Shown here: piece by piece, positions 1 through 10,105 of the stretch
Position numbering within the stretch: position 1 is the first letter of the stretch
Layout of the letters: each line of letters starts with the position of its first letter
Source of the DNA: Leucoraja erinacea
Taxonomy: Eukaryota
Length of the DNA stretch: 64,000 nt
NCBI RefSeq assembly: GCF_028641065.1
Contig: NC_073391.1
Location: 5,456,001-5,520,000, forward strand
Direction of reading: 5' to 3'
Notes under the pieces: model-generated
Databases searched by the model: none
Told to the model about the DNA's origin: nothing
The model's input: only the letters and a program-made list of their open reading frames with translations
Translations under genes and position numbers: made by a program

Positions 1-690
1 TGGTGAAGTCCTGCCAGAACTCCAGTACAGGTTTTTGTTGTAGTTGAATGTGTAGTTCCTGTGTTTGAGCAGTTTCTTCCCACTTCTTGATGTTCGTCAG
101 GTATGTTCCCTAGTGGACATGCGATGGAATGCTGTCATCATGTTGACAGTGCTGTCTGATCCAGGCTGAGCAGTGGTCTTCCCAATTCTGCAATCCAGGC
201 CCAGCAGTGGTCTTTTAATGGCCATGTCCAGGACCACTGGGAACCATGACTGTGGGTTTAGTCCACTGTATTTTGCGTAGTACCCAACTGATGAGGCCCT
301 AGTACCTATTGATGAGGTAGAAGAAGGGGAGAACATAGAGATTAGACTACCCCCCCCTCCTCAATACGTGGGAATGGATCCATAGCCGCTGCCTTGAGTT
401 TGGTTTCATGCGACATACATTGGTACGTGGCGCTTTAATTAGAATATAAGGAAGTTGATATACTGGTGACCATATTGCTTTGTAATCTCAGCAAATATTT
501 TGGTTTAAATGTTCGTTTACAGTGTTTAGCTCACCTGATAGGTAAGTTACTGATGGTGAAACATGTTTGACGACATACGGTTACCAATTGTTAACTAAAT
601 TGTCACATGATATCGATTTTATTCCGCCCAATTGGTTTGGTATATGTCACCACTGTGATGTTGTTAGTTTATAAACGAACATGCAAAACT
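1..690 (-). mobile_element. DIRS-type retrotransposon fragment (RNase H/methyltransferase to YR N-terminal region), degenerate, runs off window start
   Basis: Colinear similarity to 36760-37685 and 41940-42755 of the complete DIRS copies in this window. Confidence 0.85.
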
Positions 691-739
691 CAGGAATAAA
701 CCTGCCTGGGAAAGTTTGTATATTTATTCTTAAGGCTTA

Positions 740-1180
740 AGGGCCTGTCCCACGAGCATGCGACTGCATGCGGCAATGGCAACCTAACGTGGTTGCTTGA
801 GCCGTACGGCCTCGCAGGGCCTGTCCCACTTCGATCGCCGGAGCTGTATGGAGTTGTGCGGAGCTGGTCCCGACAACGCGCGGGCTACGAAAAACTGACA
901 CTGTCCAAAAACTCCGCGCGGCAATGGCCTGCCGGTCTGCAGCCGCTTTGAGGCCGTACCCACCGCCTCGACGGGTGTGCGCAGCGTCTCGACACCGTAC
1001 GCAGCGTCGGGATCACTCGACCTCCGCGCGGCCCCCGCTTCCAGTTTGATTGCACTCGCCGCATGCAGTCGCATGCTGGTGGGACAGACCCTATACGGTA
1101 CCACTCGACCTCCGCGCGGCCACCGCTTCCCGTTTGGTCGCGCTTGCCGCATGCAGTTGCATGCTCGTGGGACAGGCCCT
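740..1180. mobile_element. PIF/Harbinger-like MITE
   Basis: TIR AGGGCCTGTCCCACGAGCATGC...GCATGCTCGTGGGACAGGCCCT, TTA on both sides (737-739, 1181-1183), no coding capacity. Confidence 0.85.
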
Positions 1181-1287
1181 TTAGTTATTTTTGATATTTT
1201 GAAGCATTTATTAATATACTGTAAGAATGTATATATGAACCTTAACAGAGCAATTACCTCCAGTCAATGTAAATTATTTTACTGCAG

Positions 1288-1411
1288 CTATTCACCAGTG
1301 TCTTTGGTGTTGGTGTGAAGACAGCTGACAAGTGGTATGGACTAGGCTTTCGGACTTTGGAGGAAATAAAAGCAGCAAAGGATATTACGTTTACCAAAAT
1401 GCAGAGGGCAG
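1288..1411 (+). CDS. DNTT: Terminal deoxynucleotidyl transferase internal exon (124 nt; probably equivalent to mammalian exon 6)
   Basis: ttttactgcag acceptor, G|gtaat donor; translates LFTSVFGVGVKTADKWYGLGFRTLEEIKAAKDITFTKMQRA(G), the PolX fingers/HhH segment of TdT. Confidence 0.93.
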
Positions 1412-1692
1412 GTAATATTTGGAATAGTGAATTGTACATATAATGTGCACAGTATTAACACAATGGGCAAAACCATACTCGTCAATGATTATGTTTATTT
1501 CAATTCTCCCTTTGCTTCTTCCCTGCTTCTATATGGATTGTGATTAATATGTTGACACCAAGGCAAAGGTAAACTCAAATTTGTTGCAGTAGCATCTGTG
1601 TGTTGAGAATCGTGGCAGGTTGGTTTTGAATTTCCTTCCTAATCTTGATACAAGAATGTCATAAACTGATGCTATGAGTTTGCCTTTGTTTT

Positions 1693-2272
1693 CATAGAAA
1701 CATAGAAAATAGGTGCAGGAGGAGGCCATTTGGCCCATCGATTCTTTGTGATCATGGTTGATCATCCACAATCAGTAACTCATGCCTGCCTTCTCCCCAT
1801 ATCCTTTGATTCCACTGGCCCCTAGAGCTCTATTTAACTCTCTTTTAAATTCATTCAGTGAATTGGCCTCTACTGCCTCCTGTGGCAGAGAATTCCACAA
1901 ATTCACAACTCTCTGGGTGAAAACGTTTTTTTCACATCTCAGTTTTAAATGGCCTCCCATTTATTCTTAGACTGTGGCCTCTGGTTCTGGGCTCCCCCAA
2001 CATTGGAACTTTTTTCCTGCATCTAGCTTGTCCAGTCCTTTTATAATTTTATACATTTCTATAAGACTTCCTCTCATCCTTCTAAATTCCAGTGAATACA
2101 AGCCCAGTCTTTCCAATCTTTCCTCATATGACAGTCCCGCCATCCCGGGAATTAACCTCGTGAACCCATGCTGCACTGCCTCAAATAGCAAGGATGTCCT
2201 TCCTCAAATTAGGAGACCAAAACTGCACACAATACTCCAGATGTGGTCTCACCGGGGCCCTGTACAACTGCA
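1693..2272 (-). mobile_element. CR1 LINE 3' fragment
   Basis: ORF2 C-terminus (GLSYEERLERLGLYSLEFRRMRG...FTQRVVNLWNSLP) and (TATGTTTC)n tail. Confidence 0.9.
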
Positions 2273-2793
2273 AGAGTCCATCTGTCTCCTCAGATCCTGG
2301 TGAACTTCTACCGCTGCACCATCGAGAGCATCCTTACCAACTGCATCACAGTATGGTACGGCAACTGCTCTGTCTCCGACCGGAAGGCATTGCAGAGGGT
2401 GGTGAAAATTGCCCAACGCATCACCGGTTCCTCGCTCCCCTCCATTGAGTCTGTCCAAAACAAGCGCTGTCTGCGGAGGGCGTTCAGCATCGCCAAGGAC
2501 TGCTCTCACCCCAACCATGGACTGTTTACCCTCCTACCATCTGGGAGGCGCTACAGGTCTCTCCGTTGCCGAACCAGCAGGTCGAGGAACAGCTTCTTTC
2601 CGGCGGCTGTCACTCTACTCAACAACGTACCTCGGTGACTGCCAATCACCACCCCCCACCCCCCCCCGGACACTTATTATTATTTATTCAAATCGTTTGC
2701 TATGTCGCTCTTCAAGGGAGATGCTAAATGCATTTCGTTGTCTCTGTAGTGTACACTGACAATGACAATTAAAATTGAATCTGAATCTGAATC
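2273..2793 (+). mobile_element. Rex1/Babar LINE 3' fragment
   Basis: NFYRCTIESILTNCITVWYGN...LQRVVKIAQRITG...LLPSGRRYRS C-terminal motifs and (TGAATC)n tail. Confidence 0.85.
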
Positions 2794-4689
2794 TGGAGGA
2801 CCTCTTTACTCCTATATTCACATTTTCATAGAACATTGAACAGTATAGCACAGAAACAAGCCCTTCGACCCCCAATGTCTGTGCCAAACATGTGCCTCTG
2901 CCTGCATTCGATCCACATCCCTGCTTTCCTTGCACATCCATGTCCATCGATCATCATCGGCCACCCTTCCCTAATAATGTTAGTGGAATCTCAAACGTTG
3001 GCCTATTTTCTTCTCATCCATCTCTATGGCCTTTCACATTAGCAAAAACAGAAGAGCTGCTCGAGGAACCCAATGGATCTGACAGCATTTCTGGAGGGAA
3101 ATCAGAGCTGGTTGACATTGCAGGTTGAGATGCTTCATCTACACTGAAAAAGAAGAGGGGAGGTAGCCAATATATTGGGGTATGGGAGGGGGAGGGCAAG
3201 AGCTAACACAATCAGGTGCAGAGGGAACGAAGGGTAAATATGTTTTGTACCTATTCTAGCCACAAGTTCCAGCATCTGTATCTCTTGTGCCTTATTTCAC
3301 CAGGACTGGCTTGCGGAAGTTGACATTAAGTTGACATTGGCAAGAACACATCAGAATTCTTTACGCGCTCTCTGCTTTTCTGCTCTAGAAAATCTTCCAT
3401 GTAGACGTCGGGATTAATAGACTTAGTGAAATCAATAATGTGCTGGTGTATAAGTAGCAGTGTTAAGGGCCTGTCCCACTGTACAAGTTTACCCAAGAGC
3501 TCTCCCGAGTTTAAAAATAAATCAAACTCATCGTAAGTACGTAGAATAGTAAGATTAAACGAGAACTTACCAGTTTGAAGTTTGATCTGTATTTTATGAG
3601 GAGTTACGGTGAGGGATTTCGTGAAGAACCCCGCTTCCACGCATGCGTGTCATTCTTCAAAGCAGCGGTGTGAGGTCACAGGAACCTATAATGATCTAAC
3701 ATAGTAAGATTATCAAAGAGATACCAGTTTTTGATATGATCATAAGAGGGTGGGAGCGGAGGGCACGAAATCCCTCACCGTAACTCCTCATAAAATACAG
3801 ATCAAACTTCAAACTGGTAAGTTCTCGTTTAATCTTACTATTTTACTTCGGAGTCACGTGAGTGACTTCGTGAAGATTTCAAAGCTCTGTGACCTCATGC
3901 CGTGGAACGAGTCCATGCTTCACAACTGCCTTGGGTATTGGGAGAGAGCATCATTAGTAATTTTAAAACACAATTATACAAAGAGTTATGTGGTATAATG
4001 AAAAAATTATATAACATTTTTTTAAATTTGAGAATCATAGCCCTGTAACCTTTCGGGCAATTATTTTGTTGGACATAAAATGTCTTCTTAATACAAATGA
4101 TGGCTCCAAAATTTAACTGGTTTATTATAAAAACCTGTGGAAAAACCCTTTTTGAATGACCATCCTGCCATTCTGAGGATTTGGTCTGTGGGTACCTGTA
4201 CAAATTTTTGCTGCGGATGTTGCTGCAGCCCTGGTGGAATGAGAGTTAAAACATTAGTGTCATTTTTAGGACCTATTTGAGCCACCTAATATAGTTTGAG
4301 TCGTGACCCTTTCATGCGGTTTCTTTTAAGAGATAAACAACTCCATTTTCTGACCTCGAATGTTCTTAGTATATTCCATATATTGTTAGATGTGTCTTGC
4401 TATACACCGTTGTAGTTGAATTATCCCTAGTACCCCATTGATGGGGCCGAACGGGGGAAAAACATCACCCTATGGCTTTGTTACATAACAATGCCAAGCT
4501 GGTTTTAGAATTTTAGTAAATAATCTTGGAGCTAATGATTGCCCCTATTGTAAGCTCTATTGCCAAAGTTCCTCTTTTGAGTCAATGCCTGCCATATAGA
4601 AAACCCCCGTACTGACGGTACTGGTCCCTTGCGGTCGTTGCAGCCGGTCAACCCCACTCTAACGCCCTCAATTCTGGGCACTCCTACTT

Positions 4690-4742
4690 ATATGGTCCTT
4701 AGCTAAGGAACATATAAGACATTAAAACTGATGATAACAGCT
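4690..4742 (-). pseudogene. Second, more diverged U2 snRNA fragment (about nt 40-90)
   Basis: Minus strand ctgttatcatcagttttaatgtcttatatgttccttagctaaggaccatat aligns to U2 stems IIa/IIb and to the adjacent copy. Confidence 0.75.
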
Positions 4743-4754
4743 ATTATAGATTTT

Positions 4755-4850
4755 ATTTAATATATGGTCCCTAGATAAGGGACGTATCAGATATTAAACT
4801 GATAAGAACAGATACTACACTAGGTCTTAGCCAAAAGGCCTAGAAGCGAT
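4755..4850 (-). pseudogene. RNU2: U2 snRNA-derived sequence, nt 1-96, truncated just before the Sm site
   Basis: Minus strand ATCGCTTCTAGGCCTTTTGGCTAAGACCTAGTGTAGTATCTGTTCTTATCAGTTTAATATCTGATACGTCCCTTATCTAGGGACCATATATTAAAT is near-identical to the vertebrate U2 5' half; GTAGTA branch-pairing motif intact. Confidence 0.95.
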
Positions 4851-5007
4851 CATTGTAACTAAAACCCTGGTACTCACATACTGGTCCCTTGTAGTAGATT
4901 GCAGCCAGACAACTGCCAAGTCCTTTGCTGCTGAAAAATGAATTTTCTCACCGTGCTGGAGCGAAGTTGGGCACAGGTGTTTTCCTCCTCCGGGAATCGA
5001 TGTGCCC

Positions 5008-5232
5008 ATGCTGCTCCTGCCGTTGCCAGCTCCTGCCGTTGCCAGCTCCTGCCGCAACCTGCGCTCCTGCAGCTGTCAGTGCTCCTGCAGCTGCCGGCTG
5101 CCACTGCTGCTGCCCGTACTCCTGCAGCTGCCCGCACTCCTGCAGCTGCCCGTACTCCCGCAGCTGCCGGCTGCCACTGCTGCTGCTGCCGACTGCCGAC
5201 TGCCGCTGCTGCTGCTGCCGCTGCCGCTCCTC
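5008..5232. repeat. GC-rich low-complexity/tandem tract (18-bp CTGCAGCTGCCCGTACTC-like units and CTG/CCG runs) inside DIRS copy A
   Basis: Visible tandem units; source of several overlapping spurious ORFs. Confidence 0.8.
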
Positions 5233-6702
5233 CGCGGTTCTCCCGCCGGCCTTCTGCAGCTTACATGGACCCGGTCCATGTCTGCACCTAGAAGGTAAGT
5301 TGAAGGAAACGCAGGGTCTCTTACCTGCTGTTCCCGACTTTCCTTCTCCCGCTGGTGACCGTCGTTCCCTCCGTTGCGGGTTGGAGCCGCTCGGACCAAA
5401 CCCCGGTGTTCACGGGCCTGGTCCTTCGCGGCAGTTCCGCAGCCGGTAACCCCGGCTGTTCCTATCCTGGTGCCTACCTTTTGAAGAAGGTTTTCGTCCC
5501 CAACGTCCCGTTCCGACTCCATAAGTGCCGCTGCACTCGCTGAGCGTTTCGAGCCCCGGTACCGCTGGTCCGTGCTGTCTGTCCCGCAGCCTCTGCGCTG
5601 GCTGCTAGCGACTGGTCCCAAGTCAGTCTCGCTTGAGACTGGCATACGGGACCTCTTTACTTTGCTTCCCGCCCGGCCGAGAGGTGAATTTTGCCGGTGC
5701 GGGAGCAAAGTCGGGCACAGGTTGTTCCCCTCCAGGGAACTCGTGCTGTTGCTGCTGCCGGCTGCTCGCCCTCCACGGGTCTCCCCGCCAGCTTTCCGCA
5801 GCCACCTAAAAGTAAGTAGTAAAAGAGGGAAACGCAGAGTCTCTTACCTGCTGTTCCCGACTTTCAAATTCTCCCGCTTGGGGAACGCCGTTCCCCCTGT
5901 GTGACTCGTTGCAATGCGTGTAGCGATATGACACGCATGCGTGGAAGCGGGGTTCTTCACGAAGTCACTCACGTGACTCCGAAGTAAAATGTACGTAGCG
6001 GGTACGTCAGAGCTCAGGACGCCTCTTAGCAGCTTGTAAGGCTAATGACAGGTACTCGGGAAATGAGGTAAGCTCGGGAAGATTTTTCAACAGTGCGAAG
6101 AGTGTCCACGAGAGTCCCCGAGTACCTACGAACGGCTATTACCGTAATTCTCCGAGGTCTAATCAGGGGAAACTCGAGAGAACTTGTGAATTACCTCGTA
6201 CAGTGGGACAGGGGGCTTAACTGTGGGAGTGGGCTTGCTCTTGGTGTTTGGAATCCTGCTGTTGTCACCATTCGTCTGAGCTGGCCTCAAACAATGACAC
6301 TTGCTCAGGGTTGAGATCGGTTTTAACTTGTAATGAGCTCACACTAATGAGGCTTAACATCTTGTGCAAGATGGCAGCTTTCATTTTAGTTTACTTTATA
6401 TTATCACATGCGCCGTCGGTACAGTGCATAGTTTTTATTGCATGTGATTCAGTCACAGAAAAGACTGTATATGATTACAATCAAGCCACTACAGTGCACA
6501 GATAAAGGATAAAAGGTGCAAGATAAAGTACAATTAAAGATAATTCAAAGATCTTCAATGAGGTAGATGGGAAGTCAAGACTGCACCAACTGGTGAGAGG
6601 ACAGTTCAGTTGCTGATAACAGTTGTGAAGAAACTTTAAAATGGAATGAGATAGGATATTAAAAATGGAATGATATTAGACTATAACATGTTCCATGACT
6701 GA

Positions 6703-7032
6703 AAGCCCTGTCCCACGGTCCGAGTTCATGCCAAGAGCTCTCCCGAGTTTGCCCTGATTCAAACTCGGAGATTTACGGTAATGGCCACTCGTTGGTACTC
6801 GGGGCTCTCGTGGACATTTTTCAACACGTTGAAAAATCTTCACTAGTCTTCCCGTGCTTACCTGCCGTTAGCGAGTCTTCCCGAGTACCTGCCGTTAGCC
6901 TTACGAGCCGCTAAGAGACGTCCCCGAGCTCCGACGTACCCGCTATGTTCATTCTCCGTGCTTACCACGAGTTAGATTTTTTTTTAACTCGGGAGAGCTT
7001 TTGGAATGAACTCGTACCGTGGGACAGGGCTT
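6703..7032. mobile_element. Harbinger-like MITE (inverted relative to 3466-6217 and 7511-7809)
   Basis: TIR AAGCCCTGTCCCACGGT / ACCGTGGGACAGGGCTT, TGA/TAA flanks. Confidence 0.85.
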
Positions 7033-7510
7033 TAAGGAACATAATATGATCTAATTTGTCTGTATATAGCTCTTCGTGTTTTTGTTTTGATATTAGCTTT
7101 AATTTGATATGTCGTGCCTTCAATTTCACCAAACAAAAACACAGTCTTCTGATAGTTTAGTTGACTTTATTCATAGAAAGAGCTGATAAAAACAAGAAAA
7201 TATCACATAACTATTCCTTTGCTCATTAATTAACAATATACTCAATTTGTCATTTGTCATTCTTTGACCAAATCAAAAGCAAATCAATTGTTATAAATAT
7301 TTAATTGGATATTCTGATGGAATATCATTATAAGGCGTAATACTAATAATAAAAGAAAAAATAGCTATTGCCAGTAACTTCAAAGATGTCACCTCCAGAC
7401 ATCAGTCAGCGCCATATGATTTGTTACCTTCTCACCGATGTTCATAGTTCGACTAAAATGATTCTTCTAAACTAAACTGCCTTCAATTGCAGACACCTAA
7501 AAGAGACTAA

Positions 7511-7809
7511 AAGCCCTGTCCCACTGTAGGAGTTAAAAAAAAAAAATCAAACTCGTGGTAAGCACGTAGAATGAACGTAGCGGGTACATTGGAGCTCGGG
7601 AACATCTCTTAGTGGCTCGTAACGCTAACGGCAGGTACTCGGGAAACGGGGTAAGCGCGGGAAGACTCGTGAAGATTTTTCAACATGTTGAAAAATGTCC
7701 ACGAGAGCCCCGAGTACCGACGAGCGGCCATTACCGTAAATCTCCGAGTTCGAATCAGGGCAAACTTGGGGAGAACTCTTGAATGAACTCGTACAGTAGG
7801 ACAGGGCTT
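7511..7809. mobile_element. Harbinger-like MITE
   Basis: TIR AAGCCCTGTCCCACTGTA / TACAGTAGGACAGGGCTT, TAA/TTA flanks. Confidence 0.85.
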
Positions 7810-8347
7810 TTATGACTTTGGTCATCGGCAAAGATCAACAATAGAAATTTGCAGATATTAGCCCAGGTCATGCTTGCTGTAGGAAATTATAAGTTTTTAT
7901 TAAAGAACTGAAGAAAAGGAGATAGCAATAGATATAAATATATTCATATTATAATGTAGCGGAATATAACATTCGTTATTTGACTGATTTGGGCAACAAA
8001 ATTCCAGCAACTGGAGGCGATACTCCTTGGATATCAAACTGGCTGGAAATCAGCGGTGCAGTTCCTTGGACAATCAGGGACTATTCCCCTTCATTTAAAT
8101 CTCATGTTAAACAAAAGAGTTGAAGGAGAATACTTATTACACACTGAAATAATGTAGCCCACTTTGATGGAGTTGACCCAATTTCACCTATTTAAATAAA
8201 TCATACCTCCATTGAGTGAGGAAATGTTGACCTGATCTCCCTCATCATCACAGCACTCATCCATGCCCACCACCCTCATGCCCCTTACCTCACCAAAGAC
8301 ACCCTTTCTGGGTGTGGCCCATAGACCTTAAACACGGCCACACTGTA

Positions 8348-8480
8348 GAGTCTGAAGAAGGGTCTCGACCCGAAATGTCACCCGTTCCCTCTCTCCAGAG
8401 ATGCTGCCTGTCACGCTGAATTACTCCGACATTTTGTGTGTATCTTCGGTGTAAACTAGCATCTACCGTTCCTGCCTACA
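8348..8480 (+). mobile_element. Penelope-like pseudo-LTR fragment with minimal hammerhead motif (representative of >25 fragments in the window)
   Basis: CTGAAGA-A-GGGT-CTCG-ACCC-GAAA-TGTC; the same repeat follows GIY-YIG ORF ends at ~53240, ~56440 and ~58380. Confidence 0.75.
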
Positions 8481-8654
8481 TACTGTAGATGTAGCTCCAA
8501 CATCTTTATTTAGTGCAAGGCAATAATTGAATCTGGACTTGAGAGAAAGAAAACCAACTGCAAGTTTGGTTTAATAGCTGGGGACAGCTATAATAATGGC
8601 TGACAATGTGGAAGTTATTGAACTGCCTAAACTTAATAACCAGCCCCTTCCTGA

Positions 8655-9003
8655 AATAATAATATAATAATAATAATTTTATTTATAAAGCACTTTAAAC
8701 AACTGCAGTTGCCACAAAGTGCTGTACATGAGAACTCATGGACAAGAAGTTATTACAAACCATTAAAAACCGTAAAACAAAGGACTATAAAACAGTAAAA
8801 ATTAAAAGACATTAAAAGCACTAAAAACAGGAGCAATGTCTCAGCCAGTGTCGAAAGCCAGAGAATAAAAATGAGTTTTTAGGGTGGATTTGAAGATGGA
8901 CAATGAGGGGGCCTGTCTGATGTGCAACGGCAAGGTGTTCCAGAGTGCCGGAGCAGCAACAGAAAAGGCTCTATCCCCTCTGAGCTTCCGCTTAGACCTT
9001 GGT
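8655..9003 (-). mobile_element. L2 LINE 3' end
   Basis: (TTA)n tail, terminal stem-loop TGTACAGCACTTTG...AAAGTGCTTTATAAATAAA, and a GDRAFSVAAPALWNTLP motif on the minus strand. Confidence 0.8.
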
Positions 9004-9841
9004 TTACTGTTCTTTGTTGTCCATGGTTTTGCTGCTAATGCACTGTGCTTAAAGAGGCTGGAGGAAAGATTGAACTCTTACTTGTAGATGTTACTGAAAC
9101 TGGCATTTTACCTAAACAAATGAGGTGAGATTTATATTCCAGTCTTTCTCATTCTGACAAAAAAGTCTTCAAACTGAGTATTTCGTGCATTTTCCTCGAC
9201 TTCAGAATTTCAACAACTGCCATAGTTTGTATCTCACAGCTCCTGCATTGTTTCTCCTTGCTGTTCGCTATTCTCATTCATCTCCTTGTCTTTACATTTC
9301 CTCCAGACAGCCCAGCCACAATGAACAAGCCTTCACCTCCCTCTGTCTAGCGGGGAGCATCTTCGCTGTCTCTTGTTCTCCAAACTTTCACACCAATTCC
9401 CTTTGTTCTTTCCATTTCCTTTCCTTCATTCCTTTCTCTGCTCCATTCTCTCCTTCCTCTCCATGCTTGATTTCCAATTTCATTCTGTTCTGATGAAAGA
9501 TCATTAACCTGTAACTTTAAGGTTACATTACCTTTTATGACCTATCAAAGGTCATTACCTCTCAAAGGTCCATTAAATTTCTCTTCCTGCAGATACTGTC
9601 AAAACGTCGGATAATTTACAGCTTTTCTTTTTCAAGTCCGATGTGGCAAAGTTCAATGTACTTTGGAAATATTTAACGAATCTTGCCTTTGTACTGCTGT
9701 AACCACAACATGAAACATCTGCATTACCTGGTGTATGGCCAGCAGGCGTATGTGTGATTGGCAGTGGCGTAATTCTCTGGAGACTGTTGCAACACTATGA
9801 CCACCTTGAGATCCATCCAGGGATCCAAGCCCAAACCTAAA

Positions 9842-10105
9842 GGAGATGAGGAGACATTTATTTAGTCAGAGGGTGGTGAATCTGTGGAATTCTTTGCCAT
9901 AGAAGGCTGCAGAGGCCAAGTCAATGGATATTATTAAGGCAGAAATAGATTGATTTTTGATTAGTACAGGTGTCAGAGATTATGGGGAGAAGGCAGGAGA
10001 ATGGGGTTAGGAAGGAGAAATTAATGTCATGATTGAATGGCGGAGTAGACTTGATGGGCCGAATGATCTAATTCTACTCCCATCACTTATGACCTTATGA
10101 CCTTA
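9842..10105 (+). mobile_element. CR1 LINE 3' end (subfamily with (TTATGACC)n tail)
   Basis: QRVVNLWNSLP motif; related copies at 15072-15410 and 45998-46357. Confidence 0.8.

Larger units (their letters stand above)
3545..5990 (-). mobile_element. Non-autonomous (internally deleted) DIRS retrotransposon, copy A
   Basis: 36-bp perfect ITR (3618-3653 vs 5928-5963); ICR 3764-3876 is the exact reverse complement of both termini joined; remnants of YR (ILRMAGWS) and RT (APRLFTKILKP-like, ~4495-4535). Confidence 0.93.
3466..6217. mobile_element. Harbinger-like MITE split by a DIRS insertion (arms 3466-3547 and 5988-6217)
   Basis: TIR AGGGCCTGTCCCACTGTAC / GTACAGTGGGACAGGG; the rejoined arms match the uninterrupted copy at 7511-7809. 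Confidence 0.88.

Noticed and set aside
3815-3823. ICR-borne CTG|GTAAGT donors exonised into DNTT (also in copies B and C)
   Set aside because: No convincing upstream acceptor or in-frame exon, and no transcript evidence available.
4755-4850. A functional U2 snRNA gene
   Set aside because: No Sm site or 3' stems, no recognisable PSE or 3' box, and it is embedded in a retroelement.
4827-5904. Overlapping Cys/Ala/Leu-rich ORFs as host genes
   Set aside because: They arise from a stop-poor GC-rich repeat inside DIRS copy A.
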